Made by a program: the position numbers and the translations under genes | Notes under the pieces: model-generated | Seen by the model: only the letters and a program-made list of their open reading frames with translations | Told to the model about the DNA's origin: nothing | Databases searched by the model: none | Source of the DNA: Candidatus Iainarchaeum sp. | GTDB taxonomy: Archaea; Iainarchaeota; Iainarchaeia; Iainarchaeales; VGJJ01 | NCBI GenBank assembly: GCA_030688545.1 | Contig: JAUYHT010000008.1 | Coordinates: 1 to 32,000 of the forward strand | Direction: 5' to 3' | DNA length: 32,000 bases | Part shown: positions 24,378 through 32,000 of the stretch, piece after piece | How the letters are laid out: each line of letters opens with the position of its first letter | Numbering within the stretch: position 1 is the stretch's first letter

Positions 24378-24496
24378 AACACAACTCATAATCCGTACGA
24401 TGATGAAAACCATTCCCAGAAACGGCACCGAGGGTATAGAGGAGCGTCGTTGACTTCAAGATGAAAAAAGGAAACTAAAAAAATAGGAAAGATGGG

Positions 24497-24516
24497 GGGA
24501 GGGAATGTTCCCTCCC
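24497..24516 (-). terminator. Terminator hairpin of the S-layer gene (gggagggaa-tg-ttccctccc) followed by T7 and T6 runs on the minus strand
   Basis: Begins ~25 nt past the stop codon (24541-24543). Oligo-T tracts at 24462-24490 when read on the minus strand. Confidence 0.6.
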
Positions 24517-24540
24517 GCCCATTTCACGAATGGTATGTCA

Positions 24541-27500
24541 TTACATCCCGTCGATGGCGTTGATCAAAGCCTGCGCCGCTCGACCGGTGTCTTCCGCCGT
24601 GTACCCAGCGACCACGATGTTCGATCCGAACACACCCGAGACGAAGTCTCCTGGAGTGTTCAACTGATCGGCCACATCCTGGGCCAAGCTGTTCACGATG
24701 GGTCCGCCTACAATAATTTTGGGGCCGACCAATGTGGTGGCGGTCGTATAGACGCGGAGGTTCCCGTTCAGGGGAGCTGGCGTCATATACGTGAAGGGAC
24801 TTCCGGGTACGGTGGAGCTGGTGCTCCCTCCCGCCTCAATGGTGGCGGTGTACTTGATCTCCTTCACCGTGACTTGCGTCCCGGTAGTGAAGGTACCTGT
24901 GTCGCCTTCATTGACCTCGATCTCTTCGCCGCCTTCCACAGTTGTTGTGGAGGAAGCGCCGGTCACGAGGAACTCGACCTCCGGTCGGTTCTGGGGCATC
25001 CAAACTTCAACATTATTGGAGTTGAGCTTGACTTTAGAGCCCCAATCCGTATACGCGGCTTGCAACGCGTTGTCGACATTCTTGTTCGACAGCGTGAAGG
25101 TCTGTCCATTGATTCCAGATCCGCCGTATCCGTAATTCACGTCGGACGCCGGCAATGTCAGGTCGGTGTCATCCACATCCGGCACATCGTCGGTCTGATT
25201 ATCGATGTACACCTTGATGGGGTAGTTCGAACTGTTATTTTCGTCTATCACGAACTGGGACGAATAGATGGTTGTGCTCGAACCGTCCTGACCCACATCG
25301 TTGTTTTGCGGGTAGTAGTACGGTCGGTTGGCCGTATTATCTTCTCCCACATCCGTCCCTATGAGCGCCAAGCGTTTATTGTTCTGCATGGTGCTTCCAA
25401 CGGGGATGGTCACGCCGCGCGTGCCTGCGCTATTCACATTCACCACTGGTGAAGCGACCGGGGTCGTTCCATCGGCGGTGTTGGAATTGGAGTCGCCCAA
25501 CAGATAGAGGTACAATCCCTCTTCCCCATTAGTTGTCGTGCCCGTGACGGCACCATCCGATTCGATGACCTGGTACGCATAGGCGACAAAATAGGTATCT
25601 CCAGACAGCGGGAGCTTAATGGCCGCCGTTGAAATACCGGTTGAGTTCGCGTCGTCATAGAAGAACGCGTTCGTCAATGCGTTGGTCGGGGTATTGCCCG
25701 CTTGGACGGAAGCCGCTGAACCAGCCAGACCCCCGAGGAAGTCGGACGTAGACGTACTACTATTCAGGGCGGCTTTGGACATACGGACATATCCGTCGGC
25801 GCGCAGCATGACTCCGGCGGCGCCATTGCCCAAAATCGTGTAAGTGACTCCGTTAATGGTCACGTCACCCACTACATTCGTGTCTTTGGATCCCTGGTCA
25901 GTAATAAGCAGACCGCTCGCCCCAGTGTATTGGACTGCGACCCCATTCAAGAGCGTCCCGTCCGCGACATTGAAGTCCGTGGTGGTCTTGTTGATGTCGT
26001 AGTACAATGTTTTATTGCTGTTGTCGAAGGCGAATGACACCCCGTTGTTGAACGAGGAGGTATCGGTCTCCGATTGGGCGATCCAGAATGGAATATTGTG
26101 TTCCGAATCAGCCGCATCGCGGAAAGTGATTTGGTTATCCCCGATCTGGACATAAGTTAATTCTTCATCCTGCTGCAACCCATTGAAGGTCACCGAGAAG
26201 AATCCTTCTCCCAATGCGCCGGTGCCCTCTAACCAACTCATGGAGTAGGGAGCATTGTCCAAGTCGGCATTCAAATGCCCGTACCTGGCGCGCATGGGGT
26301 TTTCGTCATCGAACACGGAGGCCGGCCAACTGTCCACCAAAATCTCGGCGGTCGTGCTGGGCGAGCTGATGCTCGACTTTTTTCGGTTCTTGACAACCAC
26401 TTTGGTCAAGCGGTTCGTGTCCGTCGTATTGGTGATGTTGACGATGTACGGCCCGTTCAGGTTTTCGGAATCGATGTCGTCGTGGTAGGGATAGTTTTCC
26501 CCGTCCTTCAAACGAAGGGAGGCTGTCCCCACTAACAAATCGACCGTTCCCTGATTGGTTCCCGTGGTCACGGCAGCAGAATCGACGTAGATGTCTCCGC
26601 TCACGACCTCATCGCCATCGGCGTCTTCGAAATCAACGAAGTTGCCGGCCGAAACAGTCTGTGTGTCGATCACATTACCTGCTTCGTCCAAGAGGTTGAA
26701 CTTACCCTCATAGGAGGCCGCGGCTGGCCCGGTGGCCACGATGGACACAACCGTCACCGTCAAGGTCTGACCCTCATAATCTCCCTTTCCGGGGACCGTG
26801 AAGGATTCGCCCGCGACGAACGTCTGCTTGGCCTTGTCTTCGATCAAGCGGAGTTCTGAAACATCCCGCGCGGAATCTATGTCCACCTTCTGCACGAGGT
26901 ACATCTTCCCGAAGAAGGGAATGCGGATGTTGTCGTCCGAACCGTCAACAAAGTCGGCGGTGGAGGCATCGGTTGTCCCGATAGGGATACCGGCACCCAA
27001 GTCCAAGGTGTAGTTCAAGTCGCTCGCGTCGATATCGGCGACGAGATCCTTAACATCCTGGTCCTGGTCGAACTTGGCGTTCAGCTTGACGCCAATCTTC
27101 TCTTTCACCGTGATATCGGTGGTGGAATCGTTGTACTTGTAGGACATCGTCTTGTCCGTCAAAAAGGCCAAGGGATCGACGCCTATCTCCTGCGTGTACT
27201 CGGCGGTCGTACCGACCGAATTCAGAGTAGCGCTATTGAATGTCTTCCCGCCCGTGACGGTGACAGTTCCACCCAGCGCCAGGACAGCCGACAAGTCAGT
27301 CACCACGACGCTTCCGCCGCCAGTGCCTCCATTGCCGGTAAAGGTCATTTCTTTCACTGCTTTTGACGCAGCGGCCACGGCGATGTTACCCGCCCACACG
27401 GCATCCGAAATAGCCGCGGTCTGTCCAACAACCAAGTTCACTACGGGAGACATTCCCGCGTCATACATGACGGACTTGGCTTGGGCCGACGTTATCTGGG

Positions 27501-27585
27501 CTGAAACGAAGGGAGCGGCTGCCGCCCCCAATAATGCCGCACCGGCCGCTATGGCGGCTAGCTTGCGAATTTTCAAACCATTCAT
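24541..27585 (-). CDS. Large secreted surface (S-layer-like) protein, 1014 aa
   Basis: Signal peptide MNGLKIRKLAAIAAGAALLGAAAAPFVSAQ. The mature part is T/S/N/D/G/V-rich and Cys-free as far as I can see. Strong GAGGTGA Shine-Dalgarno sequence 8 nt upstream of the ATG, a long leader, and a strong terminator. Confidence 0.7.
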   Translation of the reverse strand: MNGLKIRKLAAIAAGAALLGAAAAPFVSAQITSAQAKSVMYDAGMSPVVNLVVGQTAAISDAVWAGNIAVAAASKAVKEMTFTGNGGTGGGSVVVTDLSAVLALGGTVTVTGGKTFNSATLNSVGTTAEYTQEIGVDPLAFLTDKTMSYKYNDSTTDITVKEKIGVKLNAKFDQDQDVKDLVADIDASDLNYTLDLGAGIPIGTTDASTADFVDGSDDNIRIPFFGKMYLVQKVDIDSARDVSELRLIEDKAKQTFVAGESFTVPGKGDYEGQTLTVTVVSIVATGPAAASYEGKFNLLDEAGNVIDTQTVSAGNFVDFEDADGDEVVSGDIYVDSAAVTTGTNQGTVDLLVGTASLRLKDGENYPYHDDIDSENLNGPYIVNITNTTDTNRLTKVVVKNRKKSSISSPSTTAEILVDSWPASVFDDENPMRARYGHLNADLDNAPYSMSWLEGTGALGEGFFSVTFNGLQQDEELTYVQIGDNQITFRDAADSEHNIPFWIAQSETDTSSFNNGVSFAFDNSNKTLYYDINKTTTDFNVADGTLLNGVAVQYTGASGLLITDQGSKDTNVVGDVTINGVTYTILGNGAAGVMLRADGYVRMSKAALNSSTSTSDFLGGLAGSAASVQAGNTPTNALTNAFFYDDANSTGISTAAIKLPLSGDTYFVAYAYQVIESDGAVTGTTTNGEEGLYLYLLGDSNSNTADGTTPVASPVVNVNSAGTRGVTIPVGSTMQNNKRLALIGTDVGEDNTANRPYYYPQNNDVGQDGSSTTIYSSQFVIDENNSSNYPIKVYIDNQTDDVPDVDDTDLTLPASDVNYGYGGSGINGQTFTLSNKNVDNALQAAYTDWGSKVKLNSNNVEVWMPQNRPEVEFLVTGASSTTTVEGGEEIEVNEGDTGTFTTGTQVTVKEIKYTATIEAGGSTSSTVPGSPFTYMTPAPLNGNLRVYTTATTLVGPKIIVGGPIVNSLAQDVADQLNTPGDFVSGVFGSNIVVAGYTAEDTGRAAQALINAIDGM

Positions 27586-27621
27586 CTGTGCTTCACCTCA
27601 CATTCACACACGAGCGTAAAG

Positions 27622-27663
27622 CACCGATACGATATACCATACGATAGGCCGAAGGTATCGGTG
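27622..27663 (-). promoter_or_regulatory. 9-bp inverted repeat (caccgatac...gtatcggtg) in the presumed 5' leader of the S-layer mRNA
   Basis: Perfect 9-bp arms with a 24-nt loop. Lies 37-78 nt upstream of the ATG. Candidate TATA elements (ctttaaatatc, tatttataat) are further upstream at ~27707-27760. Confidence 0.35.
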
Positions 27664-27850
27664 TCTGGCTCATGAAGGATACCTCATTCTCAAGAGCTTT
27701 AAATATCTTTCGAGCTTTGTTCGGGCGCCTTGTTCTATTATATATGCTATTTATAATAGGCGAGCGTAAAACCCTCGTACAATCCCCATAAGCCCATACG
27801 ACAATGCCCGATGGCTAAGGGAAAAGGCTTTGCGGGGCTGAGAAAGGGGG

Positions 27851-28570
27851 TTATTCCTGGGTTGGAGAAGGAGAGGCCGGTAAGGGGTTTGGGCTAGGAG
27901 GGGGGGATCTAAGCTCCTCCGCCTTCTGGGCCGCCTGAATCAGTTGATCGTGGAAATCGTCCACTTTCTGGCGGTTGAGGAGACTCATGATGTAAGAAGC
28001 ATACCCTTGGACCATCTCCGTCATATCCACGAGCCCATCCTGGAAGTCCTGGAGGGAAAACTCTATTTTAGCGGGCTTAACGACCTCTACGGAGGCCGGG
28101 CCATAGAAGAACATCAGCCGTATGAGAGCCCTGAAGTCCCTCACGCTCAGATTGACGTCCGCAAACCCTGAAAACATGTCCTCCACCTTCATCGTGGGTT
28201 CGAGGCGGGTGGAATACACTTTAAAGAAGGGCTCCTTGGCTAACGTCTCGAGAATACGATTCAACTGCTTCCCCACCACCCCTTCGTCGATGCTCTGGAC
28301 CTCGATGGTGATTTGAAGACGAAATTTGTTATCGTCCTCCTGCTCCAACCCCTTCCTCCGCAGCAATTCCTGGCCAATCTCCTCTTTTATGGCGAAAAGG
28401 GGCGGGGTGCCCTGCAATTGCACGAGCTTCAACTGGAGGAGCAGCTTCATTTCCTCCTGGACGACCTTTTCACCCATTCCTGACTTCTGGGAGAGCTGTT
28501 CTAAGCTCAAGGGTTGGGCCAACAATAGCTGACTGAGCTTCTTCTGAGCCTCCGTGAAATTCAACCCCAT
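27851..28570 (-). CDS. Hypothetical protein with N-terminal winged-helix-like domain and Pro-rich tail
   Basis: LSLEQLSQKSGMGEKVVQEEMKLLLQLKLVQL resembles a wHTH. I do not recognise the family. ATG at 28570 (MGLNFTEAQ) is ~30 nt downstream of a TTTTATAA box; the track ORF starts at a GTG at 28591. Confidence 0.5.
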   Translation of the reverse strand: MGLNFTEAQKKLSQLLLAQPLSLEQLSQKSGMGEKVVQEEMKLLLQLKLVQLQGTPPLFAIKEEIGQELLRRKGLEQEDDNKFRLQITIEVQSIDEGVVGKQLNRILETLAKEPFFKVYSTRLEPTMKVEDMFSGFADVNLSVRDFRALIRLMFFYGPASVEVVKPAKIEFSLQDFQDGLVDMTEMVQGYASYIMSLLNRQKVDDFHDQLIQAAQKAEELRSPPPSPNPLPASPSPTQE

Positions 28571-28653
28571 ATGAGGAAAGAGAAGCAGCACCTATCTTAT
28601 AAAAAGGGAGGGAATGTCACGGATTTAATAATGAAGAAAGGAAGGGAAATGGT

Positions 28654-28935
28654 ATGACCTTTCTTATTCAGGCCGCCGAGACCGTTACCACGGGAGTGGC
28701 CGGGAATTTCACCTGGCTGGCCATCGGATTCGTATTCTTCATCGGGGCGGTGCTGGTACTCTACTTCCTCAAAAACATCATCGTGAACACCATCCTGGGA
28801 TTAATCGCCTGGGCCATCCTAACTTACATCCTTCAAATCAACCTCCCCTTCTGGGCCTCCCTCATCGTGAGCGCGCTATTCGGACTCGCCGGGATTGGCG
28901 CGATGGTCGTGCTGGCATTCCTGGGGATTGTGTAA
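28654..28935 (+). CDS. Small 3-TM membrane protein, possibly BofA-like
   Basis: LKNIIVNTILGLIAWAIL...LFGLAGIGAMVVLAFLGIV resembles proteins annotated as BofA family in archaea, recalled from memory only. Confidence 0.4.
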   Translation: MTFLIQAAETVTTGVAGNFTWLAIGFVFFIGAVLVLYFLKNIIVNTILGLIAWAILTYILQINLPFWASLIVSALFGLAGIGAMVVLAFLGIV

Positions 28936-29055
28936 AAAACTTTTTGGAAAAAAGTTTTATCAAAAAACGAACTTTTTAGAAAAATGCTTCCTCATCAAAC
29001 TTTTTGAAAAAAAGTTTGATCAAAAAACGAATTGGAAAATGTTTCATCAGATACT
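28936..29055. repeat. AT-rich tandem duplication (2 x 60 nt); each unit has a 10-11 bp palindrome followed by atcaaaaaacgaa
   Basis: Unit 1: aaaacttttt-gga-aaaaagtttt then atcaaaaaacgaa (28936-28971). Unit 2: tcaaacttttt-g..-aaaaagtttga then tcaaaaaacgaa (28995-29031). The offset is exactly 60 nt. Lies between convergent genes. Confidence 0.7.
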
Positions 29056-29141
29056 GAAATTTGAATTTGTGTTTTTATCCCACTGTGTTTTAATCATTCT
29101 TTTGAAAAATTTAATTTACTTTTTAAAAAAAAATCGTTCGC

Positions 29142-29918
29142 TCAGCGCACGTAGGGAAGGTTGGATTGGCCCCCGTGGCCCTCTTCTGCGGCCATGGTTT
29201 CAGCGAGCTTTTTGAAAGCGGTTTCGATCTCCTTGGCTTCGGCCTCGATGCGGTCCATTTTCAGATTGAATTTGAATTGCTTGTCGATGAGCGCCAACAC
29301 GGATTTGCTCGCGCCGGGATCGCCATACACGAGCTGGGCGCTCGTTTCTCCCATTAAACATGCCCCGGGAATCCCTTGGACTTTACCAATGCCCAAAGTC
29401 AACCCCGCATATCCCCAGATGGTATCATCCGTGCCCGAAGCACGGGCCCCGGTCGCCTTCCATTTTTCGAGCGTCCCCTTATCCGTAGCAGAAACCACGA
29501 CACCTGGGGTTATGGTCATGCGCTTATCCCCCACATTCAAACCCGCGAGGGTATAAATCTGCGACACTTTCAAGTCCTTGAGCGCGGCCACGAGGGCCCG
29601 GGCGAAATCGTATTGCACTTCCGAGGCCGTGGTGCCCTGCTCCAGATTGGGGATCACGGGGCCCGAGACGAAATAGAAATGCTTCCCTTTGGTTTCCAGG
29701 TGATAAATATGGTCGGTGAACAATTCCAAAATCCCGCTACGGGTGATGACCGCGGGAGGGAATGCGTCGCTGTACACATCCGCGATCTTCTTGGGCTTCA
29801 ATTCCTTCACGAGATAATCCACCACAATCTTCCCCACTAAACCTATGCCAGGCAACCCCACGAAGGCCACGGCCTCCTTGGGCTGGGGCTTTTCCATCAA
29901 AAAGATTTGAGTGACCAT
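29142..29918 (-). CDS. PAC2-family proteasome assembly chaperone-like protein
   Basis: AVAFVGLPGIGLVGKIVVDYL N-terminal signature of the PAC2/COG1938 family. ATG at 29918 lies 1 nt after the aIF2-alpha stop codon. Confidence 0.7.
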   Translation of the reverse strand: MVTQIFLMEKPQPKEAVAFVGLPGIGLVGKIVVDYLVKELKPKKIADVYSDAFPPAVITRSGILELFTDHIYHLETKGKHFYFVSGPVIPNLEQGTTASEVQYDFARALVAALKDLKVSQIYTLAGLNVGDKRMTITPGVVVSATDKGTLEKWKATGARASGTDDTIWGYAGLTLGIGKVQGIPGACLMGETSAQLVYGDPGASKSVLALIDKQFKFNLKMDRIEAEAKEIETAFKKLAETMAAEEGHGGQSNLPYVR

Positions 29919-29919
29919 C

Positions 29920-30867
29920 TCATGCCTCCTGACGGGCGAACGTGCACTGGCCATTCGACCCAATTTTTTGGGTGATGCGGGATTGAACTTGGGCCAACGC
30001 TTTCTCCGCTATTTTATAATCGTAAGAGACCACTTTCATCTGGTATTTCCCCGCCCCCAAATACTGATAATGCACGCTCGCCTCATCCGCGTCGCGGGAG
30101 CCGCTGAGCAGGGCGTCTTTCACTATTTCAACCCCATTGGGAAGGGTGCAGGAAATGGTGAGAGTTCCTTTCACCGCTTTCTCGGAGGGCTTCACGTTCT
30201 TCTGCACCACGTCCACTACAATGGGCACCCATTGGTCATCAACATCATGAACCGCTTTTTCCCCTTCCAGGGCGATGGCCTCAAAAGCCGCCGGAAGGTC
30301 ACCATAATAGGCGATCAAGGGTTCCGCCACGGCCTGCCACCCGTCATCGAGATTCTTTTCCAGGGATTTAGCCATCACCTCCACGAGCTTCCGATTACGC
30401 TGGAGTTGTTTGTACTCTTCTATCTTCAACCGCTGCTGGCGCTCCCCCACTTTGTTCAAAGACAAATCGATTTGAAGCTTCTCAGTGTCCACCTTCTGGA
30501 CTAAGGCCGCGCGCATCTGGCCCTCGCGCACGTGGTTGCGAATATTTTTTATCCACGAGGATTCGACTTGAGAAATGTGGATGAAACCGGTGGCCCCTTC
30601 ATACTCGAGGAGGGAAGCAAACACCCCATAGTCAAGGACCTTGTCCACCTTCACAACCACAATTTCCCCATATTTGGGCCAGGTCTTCACGTGACGATTG
30701 CGGGAAGGAGGCGCGGTGGTTATAGGGGGACGCGCACCCGAAGAAGACGGTGGACGGGAGGATGGTCTGGAAAAGGGTCGGGACGCCCCGCCGCGGAAGC
30801 CCCCCCGGTTTCCCCCCGGACGCGGGCGGAAGGGACGACGGCCAGTGTTGGAACGGGTGAAGGCCAT
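29920..30867 (-). CDS. eif2a: Translation initiation factor aIF2 alpha subunit with RGG/Pro-rich N-terminal extension
   Basis: S1 domain: WPKYGEIVVVKVDKVLDYGVFASLLEYEGATGFIHISQVESSWIKNIRNHVREGQ. Helical and alpha-beta domains follow. The first ~60 aa are low complexity (GGNRGGFRGGASRPFSRPSS). Confidence 0.85.
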   Translation of the reverse strand: MAFTRSNTGRRPFRPRPGGNRGGFRGGASRPFSRPSSRPPSSSGARPPITTAPPSRNRHVKTWPKYGEIVVVKVDKVLDYGVFASLLEYEGATGFIHISQVESSWIKNIRNHVREGQMRAALVQKVDTEKLQIDLSLNKVGERQQRLKIEEYKQLQRNRKLVEVMAKSLEKNLDDGWQAVAEPLIAYYGDLPAAFEAIALEGEKAVHDVDDQWVPIVVDVVQKNVKPSEKAVKGTLTISCTLPNGVEIVKDALLSGSRDADEASVHYQYLGAGKYQMKVVSYDYKIAEKALAQVQSRITQKIGSNGQCTFARQEA

Positions 30868-30918
30868 ATAGATAAGGGTGGGTCCGAATACCCTTTAAAA
30901 TGCCCCGCTTGAAACGGG

Positions 30919-31602
30919 TTACTCCCCCAACTGGCGGGAAACAAAGAGGTCGGCGATCTTCTGGGGCAGTTCGACGGATTCGCCTTGTTTGTAGGGACCA
31001 TATTCTTTCATGTCAGTCCCCACAAAACTGGGGACCTCGGCGAGAATGGTGATGCGGCGCTTGGGAAGAATGGGGGTACCTTCCTTTTTTTTGTTTTCAG
31101 GAAGAGATGAAATGATTTCATCCTTTTTTGGGGAAAGGGAAGCAGGGGATTGTATTTTGGGAGCGGGATGGGGGATGTCCGATTCGTTTTTGAATCGCGC
31201 CGACCCGGGTTTGGGGGTATAAACGAACCCATTGGCTTCCAATACCTGATTGACCAGGGACCGGTGTTCCTGGAGCGCGACGAGGAGCGCTTGGTATAAT
31301 TCCTTTTCGGGCCGTGCCATGTGGGAATCATCCGGGTCATTCGTCCGAGCGGAAAGGAGAACGGTGTTCAACAGTTTCTTCTCACGAACTGAAAACCATT
31401 CCTCCACGAGCTTCTTGAGGTTGCCAAAATCCTTGGCCTTGGTGGCATTCAAATCACGGAGGGAATCCAAATATTTTTTTCGCTCATCCTCAATGAAATC
31501 ATGAAGGGTGGGGAAAAAATCCTCCGGTACCTCGACGAGGCGCGTGGTGTTCTTCTCCAGCCGGTAGATGCGGCGCAATTCTTCATAATCCAAGTTGGTC
31601 AT
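30919..31602 (-). CDS. GINS subunit (Gins51/Gins15-type)
   Basis: The helical N-terminus (YEELRRIYRLEKNTTRLVEVPEDFF) and the C-terminal B-domain-like ITILAEVPSFVGTDMKEYGPYKQGESVELPQKIADLFVSRQLG both support the call. It lies directly downstream of priS. ATG at 31602 follows a GGTG-like Shine-Dalgarno sequence; the track ORF starts at a GTG at 31614. Confidence 0.6.
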   Translation of the reverse strand: MTNLDYEELRRIYRLEKNTTRLVEVPEDFFPTLHDFIEDERKKYLDSLRDLNATKAKDFGNLKKLVEEWFSVREKKLLNTVLLSARTNDPDDSHMARPEKELYQALLVALQEHRSLVNQVLEANGFVYTPKPGSARFKNESDIPHPAPKIQSPASLSPKKDEIISSLPENKKKEGTPILPKRRITILAEVPSFVGTDMKEYGPYKQGESVELPQKIADLFVSRQLGE

Positions 31603-31620
31603 GCGTGTTCCCACCCTCGC

Positions 31621-32000
31621 TCAGCGGAGTTCCGCCGCCCCCCATCCCACGAGATAGACGGCCATGGCCGGGGAGACGGTGATATCCTTTCCCTCATCAA
31701 TGGGAGAAAGGGTGTCCGTTCCTATCTCTACGAGCGGACACTTTTTAACGAAAATCCTTCGATCCTTCCCTTTCACCACCGCCCCATCCCGGAAAGGGGA
31801 ATACCCTTCAAACTCCTCCTCGGAAAGGGATTGGGCGAGGAGACCGGTGCTCCCGTGCAGGGTGTTGGGAACCCGCATGAGGCGATGAATATCGGAAGAG
31901 CATTGACGATCAATAGGAAGCCGCAATCGGTCCACCAGAGCGGCTAACACCGCATCCCAGAAGGGCTCGGTTTTCTTTCCCGGGAGCACGGGGAGTATCC
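31621..32000 (-). CDS. priS: DNA primase small subunit PriS, C-terminal part (gene continues beyond the right edge)
   Basis: IHRLMRVPNTLHGSTGLL matches the conserved PriS R-x-P-x-[ST]-x-H-x-x-[ST]-G motif. The reading frame is open to base 32000. Confidence 0.7.
   Translation of the reverse strand, partial: ILPVLPGKKTEPFWDAVLAALVDRLRLPIDRQCSSDIHRLMRVPNTLHGSTGLLAQSLSEEEFEGYSPFRDGAVVKGKDRRIFVKKCPLVEIGTDTLSPIDEGKDITVSPAMAVYLVGWGAAELR

Noticed and set aside
24505-25452. 315-aa plus-strand ORF, and other plus-strand ORFs up to 27619, antisense to the S-layer gene
   Set aside because: It is entirely nested antisense to a 1014-aa gene that has a signal peptide, Shine-Dalgarno sequence and terminator. 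The translation is Arg/Gly/His/Val-rich, as expected for a shadow frame of GC-rich repetitive coding DNA.
28936-29141. Replication origin, or a C/D-box sRNA, in the AT-rich spacer
   Set aside because: No orc1/cdc6 gene is adjacent, and I could not match the palindromes to ORB or mini-ORB consensus sequences as I remember them. TGATGA boxes occur on the minus strand (RC of tcatca at 28992-28997 and 29044-29049), but there are no correctly spaced CUGA D/D' boxes. It is reported only as a repeat of unknown role.
29142-29156. HbYX proteasome-activating motif at the PAC2-like protein C-terminus
   Set aside because: The protein ends ...LPYVR, so the Tyr is third from the end rather than penultimate and does not fit Hb-Y-X.
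28895-29215. 106-aa ORF across the AT-rich spacer
   Set aside because: It translates the tandem palindromic repeats into repetitive KKF/FEKK strings, and it overlaps the ends of two well-supported convergent genes.

Overview
Archaeal chromosomal fragment: aRF1, aIF2-alpha, L10e, Dph2, PriS and GINS are all present. It has two compositionally distinct parts.

(1) Bases ~1-11,400 are AT-rich; my spot counts of single 60-nt lines give ~32-40% GC. This part carries accessory and defence-type genes:
- a Type III restriction-modification operon (mod-res)
- a membrane-anchored CAP/SCP-domain protein
- a tightly coupled 4-gene minus-strand operon: Cys-free multi-TM protein, membrane-anchored DsbA-like protein whose CxxC is replaced by DDTF, lipoprotein, and an HEPN-like protein with an Rx4H motif
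- several small membrane proteins
- a SET-domain methyltransferase
- a vapBC toxin-antitoxin pair

Three copies of a ~100-125 nt structured repeat (8634-8757, 9355-9465, 10229-10340) bracket single-gene units in this part. Each carries an imperfect hairpin closed by AAC...GTT boxes, and two copies differ by compensatory substitutions. This is the most unusual signal in the window. It is either an attC-like gene-cassette array or a family of small structured RNAs.

(2) Bases ~11,400-32,000 are ~50-58% GC core genome:
- HD hydrolase, agmatinase, GGR-family flavoprotein
- ribosomal protein L10e/uL16 with a Lys-rich tail
- Dph2
- a degenerate UMP-kinase-like protein
- aRF1 split inside its GGQ|S catalytic motif by a 505-aa, low-GC intein (LAGLIDADG plus XRE-HTH)
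- GNAT and TruD
- a 1014-aa S-layer-like protein
- a PAC2-family chaperone
- aIF2-alpha with an RGG-rich N-terminal extension
- GINS and the 3' end of priS

I found no rRNA, tRNA or CRISPR array by eye. All product calls rest on motif recognition in the supplied translations. No database search was possible.
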